Below the pieces are notes generated by a model that was not told where the DNA came from, searched no databases, and saw only the letters and a list, made by a program, of their open reading frames with translations. From Longimicrobiales bacterium (GTDB taxonomy: Bacteria; Gemmatimonadota; Gemmatimonadetes; Longimicrobiales; Gaopeijiaceae): a stretch of 64,000 nt of DNA. The DNA lies in the NCBI GenBank assembly GCA_965204735.1, contig OZ242008.1, positions 384,001 through 448,000 of the forward strand, given 5' to 3'. Below are positions 12,591-27,500 of the stretch, piece by piece. Each line of letters opens with the position of its first letter. Positions within the stretch are counted from its first letter, which is position 1. The position numbers and the translations under genes were made by a program.

Positions 12591-15500
12591 GTGTTCCAGT
12601 CCATGACGATGAGGGCAGCAGTCCCGGGTGTTCGGGACTCGGCGTGCGGTGGCAAGGCGTGGGCCGGTGTCGTCGCCTTCGTATTGCTGGTGTTGATCGG
12701 AGCGGCGCCTTCGAGCCGAGCTGAAGCCCAGGCGCCGACGGTGGAGCGGATCGTCTTCCGGGGCTTGGCGGACGGCGACAGCACGTACTACCGGGGCGAG
12801 GCGGTGCGGGTGCGCGTGGCCTTCACGCGGCACATTGCGGTGGAGACGTCGGGCGGCGAGCCGCATGTGGAGCTGACGGTGGGCGCGGCGACTCGGCGCG
12901 CCGAGCTGGTCGCGTGGAAGCTGAACCGGATGGACTTCCGGTACGTGGTACAGGCGGGCGACCTCGACGGCGACGGCGTGAGCGTTCCGGCGAACGGGCT
13001 GAAGCTGAACGGCGCGGCGGTGACGGCGAAGGACGACGCTTCGCTTGCCGCGGACGTGACCCACGGCGTGGCGGAGGGCGGCTTGTCGCGCAAGGTGGAC
13101 GGCAGCCAGTACCGGCCGCAGGGGCCGACTTTGTCGGGGGAGGGGGCGAGCGTGGCGGAGGGGGGAGCGGGCGCGGAGACGGACCTCGGGTTCGCGGTGC
13201 GTCTGGCGCCGGCGGCGGCGTCTCGCGTGACGGTCGACTATGCGGATGCGGGGAGCGGGACGGCGACGTCGGGGGTGGACTACGCGGCGATCGAGGGCGG
13301 GACGCTGACGTTCGAGCCGGGCGACACGTTGCAGACGGCGTGGGTGAAGGTGCGGGGGGACGACGCGGTGGAGGGCGACGAGACGGTGGTGCTGTCGTTG
13401 AGCGGCGCGAGCGGCGCCGAGCTGGCGACTTCGACGGTCACGGGGACGATCGTGGACGACGACGAGGCGGCTCCGCCGGGTCCGACGGTGGAGCGGATCG
13501 TCTTCCTTGGCTTGGCGGACGGCGACAGCACGTACTACCGGGGCGAGGCGGTGCGGGTGCGCGTGGCCTTCACGCGGCACATCGCGGTGGAGACGTCGGG
13601 CGGCGAGCCGCATGTGGAGCTGACGGTGGGCGCGGCGACTCGGCGCGCCGAGCTGGTCGCGTGGAAGCTGAACCGGATGGACTTCCGGTACGTGGTACAG
13701 GCGGGCGACCTCGACGGCGACGGGGTGAGCGTCCCGGCGAACGGGCTGAAGCTGAACGGCGCGGCGGTGACGGTGAAGGACGACGCTTCGCTTGCCGCGG
13801 ACGTGACCCACGGCGTGGCGGAGGGCGGCTTGTCGCGCAAGGTGGACGGCAGCCAGTACCGGCCGCAGGGGCCGACTTTGTCGGGGGAGGGGGCGAGCGT
13901 GGCGGAGGGGGGAGCGGGCGCGGAGACGGACCTCGGGTTCGCGGTGCGTCTGGCGCCGGCGGCGGCGTCTCGCGTGACGGTCGACTATGCGGATGCGGGG
14001 AGCGGGACGGCGACGTCGGGGGTGGACTACGCGGCGATCGAGGGCGGGACGCTGACGTTCGAGCCGGGCGACACGTTGCAGACGGCGTGGGTGAAGGTGC
14101 GGGGGGACGACGCGGTGGAGGGCGACGAGACGGTGGTGCTGTCGTTGAGCGGCGCGAGCGGCGCCGAGCTGGCGACTTCGACGGTCACGGGGACGATCGT
14201 GGACGACGACGAGGCGGCTCCGCCGGGTCCGACGGTGGAGCGGATCGTCTTCCTTGGCTTGGCGGACGGCGACAGCACGTACTACCGGGGCGAGGCGGTG
14301 CGGGTGCGCGTGGCCTTCACGCGGCACATCGCGGTGGAGACGTCGGGCGGCGAGCCGCATGTGGAGCTGACGGTGGGCGCGGCGACTCGGCGCGCCGAGC
14401 TGGTCGCGTGGAAGCTGAACCGGATGGACTTCCGGTACGTGGTACAGGCGGGCGACCTCGACGGCGACGGGGTGAGCGTCCCGGCGAACGGGCTGAAGCT
14501 GAACGGCGCGGCGGTGACGGTGAAGGACGACGCTTCGCTTGCCGCGGACGTGACCCACGGCGTGGCGGAGGGGGGCGCGTCGCGCAAGGTGGACGGCAGC
14601 CAGTACCGGCCGCAGGGGCCGACTTTGTCGGGGGAGGGGGCGAGCGTGGCGGAGGGGGGAGCGGGCGCGGAGACGGACCTCGGGTTCGCGGTGCGTCTGG
14701 CGCCGGCGGCGGCGTCTCGCGTGACGGTCGACTATGCGGATGCGGGGAGCGGGACGGCGACGTCGGGGGTGGACTACGCGGCGATCGGGGGCGGGACGCT
14801 GACGTTCGAGCCGGGCGACACGTTGCAGACGGCGTGGGTGAAGGTGCGGGGGGACGACGCGGTGGAGGGCGACGAGACGGTGGTGCTGTCGTTGAGCGGC
14901 GCGAGCGGCGCCGAGCTGGCGACTTCGACGGTCACGGGGACGATCGTGGACGACGACGAGGCGGCTCCGCCGGGTCCGACGGTGGAGCGGATCGTCTTCC
15001 TTGGCTTGGCGGACGGCGACAGCACGTACTACCGGGGCGAGGCGGTGCGGGTGCGCGTGGCCTTCACGCGGCACATCGCGGTGGAGACGTCGGGCGGCGA
15101 GCCGCATGTGGAGCTGACGGTGGGCGCGGCGACTCGGCGCGCCGAGCTGGTCGCGTGGAAGCTGAACCGGATGGACTTCCGGTACGTGGTACAGGCGGGC
15201 GACCTCGACGGCGACGGGGTGAGCGTCCCGGCGAACGGGCTGAAGCTGAACGGCGCGGCGGTGACGGTGAAGGACGACGCTTCGCTTGCCGCGGACGTGA
15301 CCCACGGCGTGGCGGAGGGGGGCGCGTCGCGCAAGGTGGACGGCAGCCAGTACCGGCCGCAGGGGCCGACTTTGTCGGGGGAGGGGGCGAGCGTGGCGGA
15401 GGGGGGAGCGGGCGCGGAGACGGACCTCGGGTTCGCGGTGCGTCTGGCGCCGGCGGCGGCGTCTCGCGTGACGGTCGACTATGCGGATGCGGGGAGCGGG

Positions 15501-18500
15501 ACGGCGACGTCGGGGGTGGACTACGCGGCGATCGGGGGCGGGACGCTGACGTTCGAGCCGGGCGACACGTTGCAGACGGCGTGGGTGAAGGTGCGGGGGG
15601 ACGACGCGGTGGAGGGCGACGAGACGGTGGTGCTGTCGTTGAGCGGCGCGAGCGGCGCCGAGCTGGCGACTTCGACGGTCACGGGGACGATCGTGGACGA
15701 CGACGAGGCGGCTCCGCCGGGTCCGACGGTGGAGCGGATCGTCTTCCTTGGCTTGGCGGACGGCGACAGCACGTACTACCGGGGCGAGGCGGTGCGGGTG
15801 CGCGTGGCCTTCACGCGGCACATCGCGGTGGAGACGTCGGGCGGCGAGCCGCATGTGGAGCTGACGGTGGGCGCGGCGACTCGGCGCGCCGAGCTGGTCG
15901 CATGGAAGCTGAACCGGATGGACTTCCGGTACGTGGTACAGGCGGGCGACTTTGACGGCGACGGGGTGAGCGTTCCGGCGAACGGGCTGAAGCTGAACGG
16001 CGCGGCGGTGACGGAGAAGGACGACGCTTCGCTTGCCGCGGACGTGACCCACGGCGTGGCGGAGGGGGGCGCGTCGCGCAAGGTGGACGGCAGCCAGTAC
16101 CGGCCGCAGGGGCCGACTTTGTCGGGGGAGGGGGCGAGCGTGGCGGAGGGGGGAGCGGGCGCGGAGACGGACCTCGGGTTCGCGGTGCGTCTGGCGCCGG
16201 CGGCGGCGTCTCGCGTGACGGTCGACTATGCGGATGCGGGGAGCGGGACGGCGACGTCGGGGGTGGACTACGCGGCGATCGAGGGCGGGACGCTGACGTT
16301 CGAGCCGGGCGACACGCTGCAGACGGCGTGGGTGAAGGTGCGGGGGGACGACGAGGTGGAGGGCGACGAGACGGTGGTGCTGTCGTTGAGCGGCGCGAGC
16401 GGCGCCGAGCTGGCGACTTCGACGGTCAGAGGCACGATCGTGGACGACGACGAGGCGGCTCCGCCGGGTCCGATAGTGGAGCGGATCGTCTTCCTTGGCT
16501 TGGCGGACGGCGACAGCACGTACTACCGGGGCGAGGCGGTGCGGGTGCGCGTGGCCTTCACGCGGCACATCGCGGTGGAGACGTCGGGCGGCGAGCCGCA
16601 TGTGGAGCTGACGGTGGGCGCGGCGACTCGGCGCGCCGAGCTGGTCGCATGGAAGCTGAACCGGATGGACTTCCGGTACGTGGTACAGGCGGGCGACTTC
16701 GACGGCGACGGGGTGAGCGTTCCGGCGAACGGGCTGAAGCTGAACGGCGCGGCGGTGACGGCGAAGGACGACGCTTCGGTGGACGCGGATGTGGCCCACG
16801 GCGTGGCGGAGGGCGGCGCGTCGCGCAAGGTGGACGGCAGCCAGTACCGGCCGCAGGGGCCGACTTTGTCTGGGGAGGGGGCGAGCGTGGCGGAGGGGGG
16901 AGCGGGCGCGGAGACGGACCTCGGGTTCGCGGTGCGTCTCGCGCCGGCGGCGGCGTCTCGCGTGACGGTCGACTATGCGGATGCGGGGAGCGGGACGGCG
17001 ACGTCGGGGGTGGACTACGCGGCGATCGGGGGCGGGACGCTGACGTTCGAGCCGGGCGACACGTTGCAAACGGTGTGGGTGAAGGTGCGGGGCGACGACG
17101 CGGTGGAGGACGACGAGACGGTGGTGCTGTCGTTGAGCGGCGCGGCCGGCGCTGAGCTGGCGACTTTGACGGTCACGGGGACGATCGTGGACGACGACGG
17201 GCCCGAGCCCCGCGGTCCGACGGTGGAGCGGATCGTCTTCCGGGGCTTGGCGGCCGGCGACAGCACGTACTACCGGGGCGAGGCGGTGCGAGTGCGCGTG
17301 GCCTTCACGCGGCACATCGCGATGGAGATGTCGGGCGGCAAGCCGCATGTGGAGCTGACGGTGGGCGCGGCGACTCGGCGCGCCGAGCTGGTCGCATGGA
17401 AGCTGAACCGGATGGACTTCCGGTACGTGGTGCAGGCGGGCGACCTCGACGGCGACGGGGTGAGCGTCCCGGCGAACGGGCTGAAGCTGAACGGCGCGAC
17501 CGTTAAGGCGAGGAACGGCCCCGCGCTTGACGCGAACCCTGCCCACGGCGCGGCGGAGGGCGGCGCGTCGCGCAAGGTGGACGGCAGCGGGCACCGGCCG
17601 CTGGGGCCCACGCTCTCTGCGGGCGGGTCCAGCGTGACGGAGGGCGGTTCGAATACCGAGACGGATCTGGAGTTCGCGGTGTGGCTTGGCCCGCCGGCGG
17701 CGTCTCGTGTGACGGTGGCGTACGCGGATGCGGGGAGCGGCACGGCGACATCGGACGTGGACTACGCGGCGATCGAAGCAGATACGCTGACGTTCGAGCC
17801 GGGCGAGACGCTGAAGACGGTGAGCGTCACGGTGCGGGGCGACGACGAGGTCGAGGACGACGAGACGGTGGTGCTGTCGCTGAGCGGCGCGACGAACGCC
17901 GAGCTGGCCAGCAGGAGGGTGACGGGCACGATCGTGGACGACGACGGGTCCAGGCCGACCGTGTCGATCGACTCGGCCACGGTCCGCGAACCTGGGCCCG
18001 GAGAGGCCGTCGCCCTCTCCTTCACGGTGTCGCTCAGCGCGCCGTCGGCCAGGCAGGTGACGGTCCGGTACACGGACGCCGGCACGGGCACGGCGACGTC
18101 CGGCGGCGACTACGACGCGGTGACGCCCGGCACGGTGGTGTTCGCCGCGGGCGACACGGCCCAGACGGTGGAAGTGACGGTGAAGGGCGACGCGCTGGAC
18201 GAGCCGGTCGAGACGATCGTGCTGGCGCTGGGAAGGCCGGTCAACGCCGACCTTCCGAACGGCGGCGCAAGGGGCGTGGGCACGATCGTGGACGACGACG
18301 ACGCGCCGACCCTTTCGGGCGACTCGCCTTCGGTCGAAGAGGGCAAAGGCGAGGGCCGGCGCCTGACGTTCACGCTTGCGCTGGACCGCCCCAGCGGCCG
18401 CGGCTTGGCGCTGTACTACGCCGACGCTGGCACGGGCACGGCCACGTCGGGCGCCGACTACGAGGAAGTTGTGCCGGACACCCTCTTCTTCGAGCCGGGG

Positions 18501-21500
18501 GAGACGACGAAGTCGATTGACGTGATGGTGGTGGGGGACACGCTCCAGGAACTCGACGAGACCGTGGTTCTGCGGCTGTCTGCCGCCGATTCGTCGCTGC
18601 TGGCGGTATCCACGGCGCTGATCGCCGGCACGATCGTAGACGACGACGGCGAAGACCTGGCGCCTTCATTCGGCGACGCGGTGGTTCCGGCGCAGCGCTG
18701 GGTCCGGGCCTGCGAGATCCGGGCCGTGCAGTTGCCTGCGGCCGAGGGGGGCGACGCGCCTCTGACGTACGGGCTGGCGCCCGCGCTGCCTCTGGGACTG
18801 GCGTTCGATGCCGGACGTCGGACGATCGCCGGCACGCCCGAGCGGGAGCAGCCGGTCACCACCTACCGCTACACGGCGACGGACGCGGACGGGGACTTGG
18901 CGACGTTGAGCTTCACGGCCCAGGTCGAGTTGCTCGAATGCGGCTTGGAGGCCGACGGGCTGGATGCCGACGGGGAGCCGGAGGCAGTGGATGCGGCAAG
19001 CAGCGAAACGCCGTCGATTGGCGACGCTGGAGACTTTGACGCCGAGCGGGAAACGCTTTCGGGGGACGCAACGGCGGTCTCGATGCATCAAGACGTCGAT
19101 GCGGAGGGCGGCTTGGCAACCGGGGCGGTGGTTGGTGCCCAGTCGTCGACGCTGACGGTGCAGCGGATCGTCTTCCGCGGCTTGGCGGCAGGCGACAGCA
19201 CGTACTATCTGAACGAAGTAGTGCGGGTGCGCGTGTTCTTCACGCAGCACGTCACAGTGAACACGTCGGGTGGCAAGCCGTACCTGGACCTGACGGTGGG
19301 ATCGACGACTCGGCGGGCCGCATACAACTCTTCGCGGCAGAACTACTTGGGCTTCAGCTACCGGGTTCAGGCGGACGACTTCGACGGCGACGGCGTGAGC
19401 GTTCCGGCGAACGGGCTGAAGCTGAACGGCGCGACGGTGACGGCGAGGAACAACCCATCGGTGGTCGCGGACCCTGCGCACGGCGTGGCGGAGGGCGGCT
19501 TGTCGCGCAAGGTGGACGGCAGCCAGTTCCGGCCGCCCGGGCTGGCGGTGGAGCGGATCGACTTCCGGAGCGCGCCTGGGGGCGACAGCACGTACTACCG
19601 GGACGAGATCGTGCGGGTGCGAGTGTTCTTCACGGAGCAGATCGCGGTGGACGCGTCGGGCGGGTTGCCGTCGGTGGACCTGACGGTGGGCGCGGAGACG
19701 CGGCGTGCTGTGATGGGTTCCAGGAGCTGGAACCAGAATCGGTTGGAGCTTCGGTACGTGGTACAGGCGGGCGACTTTGACGGTGACGGTGTGAGCGTTC
19801 AGGCGAACAGCTTGTCGCTGAACGGGGCGGTGGTGACGGCGCAGGGCGACGCTTCGGTCTTGGCGGAGACGGGGCATGGGGCGGTGGAGGGAGGCGCGTC
19901 GCAGAAGGTGGACGGCAGCCAGTACCGGCCGCAGGGGCCGACGCTGTCTGCGGGCGGGACGAGTGTGGTCGAGGGGGACTCGGGCGCGGAGACGGACCTC
20001 GAGTTCGCGGTGCGGCTGGCACCGGCGGCGGCTTCTCGTGTGACGGTCGACTACGCCGATGCGGGGAGCGGGACCGCGACGTCGGGGGTGGACTACGCGG
20101 CGATCGGGAGCGGGACGCTGACGTTCGAGCCGGGCGACACGCTGAAGACGGTGAGCGTGACGGTGCGGGGCGACGACGAGGTGGAAGACGACGAGACGGT
20201 GGTGCTGTCGCTGAGCGGCGCGACTGGTGCGGAGCTGGCGACTTCGACGGTCAGGGGCACGATCGTGAACGACGACGAGGCGGCGCCGGCGCTGACGGTC
20301 CAGCGGTTCAACTTCCGGGGCTTGGGGGCTGCCGACAGCACGTACTATCTGAACGAAGTGGTGCGTGTGCGCGTGTTCTTCACGGAGCATGTGACGGTGG
20401 ACACGTCGGGCGGCGAGCCGTACCTGGACCTGACGGTGGGCTCGACGACTCGGCGGGCCGCATACAACTCCTCGCGGCAAAACTACTTGGGCTTCAGCTA
20501 CCGGGTTCAGGCGGACGACTTTGACGGCGACGGCGTGAGCGTTCCGGCGAACGGACTGAAGCTGAACGGCGCGACGGTGACGGCGAGGAACAACCCGGCG
20601 GTGGTCGCGGACCCTGCGCACGGCGTGGCGGAGGGCGGCTTGTCGCGCAAGGTGGACGGCAGCCAGCTCCGGCCGCAGGGGCCGACGCTCTCTGCGGGCG
20701 GGACGAGCGTGGTCGAGGGGGACTCGGGCGCGGAGACGGACCTCGAGTTCGCGGTGCGGCTGGTGCCGCCGGCGGCTTCTCGTGTGACGGTCGACTACGC
20801 CGATGCGGGTAGCGGGACGGCGACGTCGGGGGTGGACTACGCGGCGATCGAGGGCGGGACGCTGACGTTCGAGCCGGGCGACACGCTGAAGACTGTGTGG
20901 GTGAAGGTGCGGGGCGACGACGAGGTGGAGGGCGACGAGACGGTGGTGCTGTCGTTGAGCGGCGCGACCGGCGCGGAGCTGGCGACTTCGACGGTCAGGG
21001 GCACGATCGTGAACGACGACGAGGCGGCGCCGGCGCTGACGGTCCAGCGGTTCAACTTCCGGGGCCTGGGGGCTGCCGACAGCACGTACTATCTGAACGA
21101 AGTGGTGCGTGTGCGCGTGTTCTTCACGGAGCATGTGACGGTGGACACGTCGGGCGGCGAGCCGTACCTGGACCTGACGGTGGGCTCGACGACTCGGCGG
21201 GCCGCATACAACTCCTCGCGGCAGAACTACTTGGGCTTCAGCTACCGGGTTCAGGCGGACGACTTTGACGGCGACGGCGTGAGCGTTCCGGCGAACGGGT
21301 TGAAGCTGAACGGCGCGACGGTGACGGCGAGGAGCAACCCGGCGGTGGTCGCGGACCCTGCGCACGGCGTGGCGGAGGGCGGCTTGTCGCGCAAGGTGGA
21401 CGGCAGCCAGTTCCGGCCGCAGGGACCGACGCTCTCTGCGGGCGGGACGAGCGTGGTCGAGGGCGACTCGGGCGCGGAGACGGACCTCGAGTTCGCGGTG

Positions 21501-24500
21501 CGGCTGGCGCCGGCGGCGGCGTCTCGTGTGACGGTCGACTATGCCGATGCGGGTAGCGGGACGGCGACGTCGGGCGTGGACTACGCGGCGATCGGGAGCG
21601 GGACGCTGACGTTCGAGCCGGGCGACACGCTGAAGACTGTGTGGGTGAAGGTGCGGGGGGACGACGAGGTGGAGGGCGACGAGACGGTGGTGCTGTCGTT
21701 GAGCGGCGCGACCGGCGCGGAGCTGGCGACTTCGACGGTCAGGGGCACGATCGTGAACGACGACGAGGCGGCGCCGGCGCTGACGGTGCAGCGGTTCAAC
21801 TTCCGGGGCTTGGGGGCTGCCGACAGCACGTACTATCTGAACGAAGTGGTGCGTGTGCGGGTGTTCTTCACGGAGCATGTGACGGTGGACACGTCGGGCG
21901 GCGAGCCGTACCTGGACCTGACGGTGGGCTCGACGACTCGGCGGGCCGCATACAACTCCTCGCGGCAGAACTACTTGGGCTTCAGCTACCGGGTTCAGGC
22001 GGACGATTTCGACGGCGACGGCGTGAGCGTTCCGGCGAACGGACTGAAGCTGAACGGCGCGACGGTGACGGCGAGGAACAACCCGGCGGTGGTTGCGGAC
22101 CCTGCGCACGGCGTGGCGGAGGGCGGCTTGTCGCGCAAGGTGGACGGCAGCCAGCTCAGGCCGCAGGGGCCGACGCTCTCTGCGGGCGGGACGAGCGTGG
22201 TCGAGGGGGACTCGGGCGCGGAGACGGACCTCGAGTTCGCGGTGCGTCTTGCGCCGCCGGCTGCGTCTCGAGTGACGGTGGAGTACGCCGATGCGGGGAG
22301 CGGGACGGCGACGTCGGGGGTGGACTACGCGGCGATCGAGGGCGGCACGCTGACGTTCGAGCCGGGCGAGACGCTGAAGACGGCGTGGGTGAAGGTGCGG
22401 GGGGACGACGAGGTGGAGGGCGACGAGACGGTGGTGCTGTCGTTGAGCGGCGCGACCGGCGCGGAGCTGGCGACTTCGACGGTCAGGGGCACGATCGTGG
22501 ACGACGACGAGGCGGCGCCGGCGCTGACGGTGCAGCGGTTCAACTTCCGGGGCCTGGGAGCCAGCGACAGCACGTACTATCTGAACGAAGTGGTGCGTGT
22601 GCGCGTGTTCTTCACGGAGCATGTGACGGTGGATACGTCGGGCGGCGAGCCGTACCTGGACCTGACGGTGGGCACGACGACGCGGCGGGCCGACTACGGC
22701 TCTTCGCGGCAGAACTACCTGGACTTCCGGTACCGGGTTCAGGCGGACGACTTTGACGGCGACGGCGTGAGCGTTCCGGCGAACGGGTTGAAGCTGAACG
22801 GCGCGACGGTGACGGCGAGGAGCAACCCGGCGGTGGTCGCAGACCCTGCGCACGGCGTGGCGGAGGGCGGCTTGTCGCGCAAGGTGGACGGCAGCCAGTT
22901 CCGGCCGCAGGGGCCGACGCTCTCTGCGGGCGGGACGAGCGTAGTCGAGGGTGACTCGGGCGCGGAGACGGACCTCGAGTTCGCGGTGCGTCTTGCGCCG
23001 GCGTCGGCATCTCGTGTGACGGTGGCGTACGCAGACGCTGGGAGCGGGACGGCGGCGTCGGGCGTGGACTACGCGGCGATCGAGGGCGGCACGCTGACGT
23101 TCGAGCCGGGCGACACGCTGCAGACGGTGAGCGTGACTGTGCGGGGCGACGACGAGGTCGAGGACGACGAAACGGTGGTGCTGTCGTTGAGCGGCGCGAC
23201 CGGCGCGGAGCTGGCGACTTCGACGGTCAGGGGCACGATCGTGGACGACGACGGGCCCGAGCCCCGCGGTCCGACGGTGGAGCGGATCGTCTTCCGCGGC
23301 TTGGCGGCCGGCGACAGCACGTACTACCGAGACGAAGTAGTGAGGGTGCGCGTGCGCTTTTCGCGGCACGTCACGGTCGCCACGACGGTCGGCGAGCCGC
23401 ACCTGGACCTGACGGTGGGCGCGACCACTCGGCGGGCCGACTTCGGCTCTTCGCGGCAGAACTACCTGGACTTCCGGTACCGGGTTCAGGCGGGCGACTT
23501 CGACGGCGACGGCGTGAGCGTCCCGGCGAACGGGCTGAAGCTGAACGGCGCGACCGTTAAGGCGAGGAACGGCCCCGCGCTTGACGCGAACCCTGCCCAC
23601 GGCGCGGCGGAGGGCGGCGCGTCGCGCAAGGTGGACGGCAGCGGGCACCGGCCGCAGGGGCCCACGCTCTCTGCGGGCGGGTCCAGCGCGACGGAGGGCG
23701 GTTCGAATACCGAGACGGATCTGGAGTTCGCGGTGTGGCTTGGCCCGCCGGCGGCGTCTCGTGTGACGGTGGCGTACGCAGATGCGGGGAGCGGCACGGC
23801 GACGGCGGGCGTGGACTACGCGGCGATCGAAGCAGATACGCTGACGTTCGAGCCGGGCGAGACGCTGAAGACGGTGAGCGTGACAGTGCGGGGCGACGAC
23901 GAGGTCGAGGACGACGAGACGGTGGTTCTGTCGCTGAGCGGCGCGACGAACGCCGAGCTGGCCAGCAGGAGGGTGACGGGCACGATCGCGGACGACGACG
24001 GGTCCAGGCCGACCGTGTCGATCGACTCGGCCACGGTCCGCGAACCTGGGCCCGGAGAGGCCGTCGCCCTCTCCTTCACGGTGTCGCTCAGCGCGCCGTC
24101 GGCCAGGCAGGTGACGGTCCGGTACGCGGACGCTGGCACGGGCACGGCGACGCCCGGCGGCGACTACGACGCGGTGACGCCCGGCACGGTGGTGTTCGCC
24201 GCGGGCGACACGGCCCAGACGGTGGAAGTGACAGTGAAGGGCGACGCGCTGGACGAGCCGGTCGAGACGATCGTGCTGGCGCTGGCCGGCCCGGTCAACG
24301 CGGACCTTCCGAACGGCGGCGCAAGGGGCGTGGGCACGATCGTGGACGACGACGACGCGCCGACCCTTTCGGGCGACTCGCCTTCGGTCGAAGAGGGCAA
24401 CGGCGAGGGCCGGCGCCTGACGTTCACGCTTGCGCTGGACCGCCCCAGCGGCCGCGGCTTGGCGCTGTACTACGCCGACGCTGGCACGGGCACGGCCACG

Positions 24501-27500
24501 TCGGGCGCCGACTACGAGGAAGTTGTGCCGGACACCCTCTTCTTCGAGCCGGGGGAGACGACGAAGTCGATTGACGTGATGGTGGTGGGGGACACGCTCC
24601 AGGAAATCGACGAGACCGTGGTCCTGCGGCTGTCCGCCGCCGATTCGACGCTGCTGGCGGTGTCCAAGGCGCTGATCGCCGGCACGATCGTAGACGACGA
24701 CGGCGAAGACGTGGCGCCTTCGTTCGGCGACGCAGTGGTTCCGGCGCAGCGCTGGGTCCGGGCCTGCGAGATCCGGGCCGTGCAGCTGCCTGCGGCCGAG
24801 AGGGGCGACGCGCCTCTGACGTACGGGCTGGCGCCCGCGCTGCCTCTGGGGCTGGCGTTCGATGCCGGGCGTCGGACGATCGCCGGCACGCCCGAGCGGG
24901 AGCAGCCGGTCACCACCTACCGCTACACGGCGACGGACGCGGACGGGGACTCGGCGACGTTGAGCTTCACGGCCCAGGTCGAGTTGCTTGAATGCGGCTT
25001 GGAGGAGGCCGACGGGCTGGATGCCGACGGGGACCCGGAGGCAGTGGACGCGGCAAGCAGCGAAACGCCGTCGATTGGCGACGCTGGAAACTTTGACGCC
25101 GAGCGGGAAACGCTTTCGGAGGACGCAACGGCGGTCTCGATGCATCAAGAAGACGATGCGGACGGCGATTTGGCAACCGAGCCGGTGGTTGGCGCCCAGT
25201 CGGGGGCTCCAGCCGTGCAGCGGATCGTCTTCCGGGGCTTGGCGGCAGGCGACAGCACGTACTATCGGGACGAAGTAGTGCGGGTGCGCGTGTTCTTCAC
25301 GCAGCACGTCACGGTGAACACGTCGGGCGGCGAGCCGTACCTGGACCTGACGGTGGGCGCGACGACTCGGCGGGCCGCATACAACTCCTCGCGGCAGAAC
25401 TACCTGGGCTTCAGCTACCGGGTGCAGGCCGCCGACTTCGACGGCGACGGCGTGAGCGTTCCGGCGAACGGGCTGAAGCTGAACGGCGCAACGATCACGG
25501 CGAAGAACGACACCTCGGTGAACGCGAACATTGCCCACGACTCGGCGGCGGGCGGCGCGTCGCGGAAGGTGGACGGCAGCAAGTACCGGCCGCCGAGCGT
25601 ACGCAGCGCGACGTTCAGCAACTCGCCCGCCAGCGGCGACACCTACGGCTACGGCGAGAAGATCGAGGCCACGGTCGCCTTTGACCGCCGCGTGTTGGTG
25701 AGCACGACGGGCGGAACGCCGAGCTTGGACTTGACGATCGGCGCGCACACGCGGCAAGCCACGCTGATCAGGGCCGGCCGGCGGACGCGCTTGATCTTCT
25801 CCTACACCGTGCAAGCAGGCGACCTCGCTCCAGCAGGCGCGAGCATCGCGGCCAACGCCGTGCGCCTGAACGGCGGGACGATCACGCACGACGCCGACAG
25901 CGCCACCCACGCGATCCTCGCACACGAGGCCGTTGCGGCCGACACGACCCGCCGGGTGAGCGGCCGCCAGGGACGCCCACCCAAGGTCGAAGGGATCGCC
26001 TTCGGCGCACCGGCCCCGACGGACAGCGTCTACTACCGGGGCGACTCGATCCGGGTGCGCGTGGCGTTCGACGACTCCGTCGCGGTGGACACGACGAGCG
26101 GCAAGCCGCAGGTGGCGCTGGCGGTCGGGACGGCGACGCGACAGGCGGCGCTCTCGGCGCACGCGGGCAAGGCGCTGGACTTCGTGTACGTCGTGCAGGC
26201 GGCGGACCGGGACTCGGACGGCGTGAGCATCGCGGCCAACGCGCTGGCGCTGAACGGCGCGACGATAAGGGGAACGGGGGCAGCGGCGGCCCGCAACGCC
26301 GACGTGACGCATCCGCCAGTGGCGCCCAGCGCGGCGCGGACGGTCGACGGAAGCAAGGTGGGGGCGCCGAAGGTCAGCAGCGTGGCGTTCGCCGGCTTGC
26401 CGCCCGACGGCGACACCTACCACTACGACGACGAAGTTCGGGTCCAGGTCGTCTTTGACGGGAGGGTTGCGGTGGACACGGTCGGAGGGAAGCCGCAGCT
26501 CGCGCTGTCGATGGGGACGCGGCGACGGCAAGCGGTCTTTGCGCCTTCAGCGAGCACGGGCACGACTCTTGTGTTCGCGTACAGGGTGCAGTCGGCGGAC
26601 GTGGACAGCGACGGGGCGAGCATCGCGGCGAACGCGCTGGCGCTGAACGGCGGCTCGATCAGAGCCGAAGCGGACAGCACGACGGCGGCGCTTGCGACGC
26701 ACGATTCGCTGGCGGCCGACCCGGCGAGAAAGGTGGACGGCAGGCCCCGGATCACGAGTCTGGAGTTCTACGATCCGCCTTCGAGCGTCCCGCCGTCGGC
26801 GGGCGTGTACGGATTCGGAGAGCGGATACGGATACTGGCGCGCTTCGATCAGAAGTTGATTTTGGACCACAGGGCGTGGGTGTCGCTGGAAGTGGGGACG
26901 GACACGGTGCAGGTGCGGTCGAGCTGGAGGCTTCGGATGGGGGACCGTGCGCTTCTATTTACGTATGTGGTGGGGCGTGGGGCGATGGACTCGGACGGCG
27001 TGCGGGTGCCGAAGGGCGCGTTGAGCCTGAACGGCGGCATGCTGAAGGCGGACTCGGACGGCGTGACGCGGGCGAGGCTGGACCATGGAGGACTTCCGGC
27101 CGACAGCAGCCGCAGAGTGAACGGGAGCGTGACGCCGACTCCGCGACCCGTGGTCACGTTGACCGACGATCCGCCGGCAAGCGGCAACACGTACACGTGG
27201 AACGAGCGCATAGAGGCGTCGGTCTACTTTAACGTGGACGTGCGTGTGACGGGCAGGCCGCGGCTGACGATGAACGTGGGGACGGGTACGCGGCAGCTGG
27301 TCGCCGACGAGTACGGAGGGCGAGGGCCGCTGACGTTCGAGTACGTCGTGCAGGCGGCGGACATGGACGCAGACGGCATCAGCTTTCCGGCGAACGCATT
27401 GTCGCTGCCGAGCGGGGCGACGATCCGGTCGGCGGCCGACACGAGCATCCATGCAGCCCTGTCGCATGATTCGGTGCCGGCCGATCCGCAACGAAAGGTG

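Noticed and set aside
12516..26531. Very long antisense ORFs (1692 aa, 2621 aa) and the 1013-aa alternate-frame ORF
   Set aside because: Arg/His/Gly-rich shadow frames caused by high GC3 and repetition of a stop-free unit.
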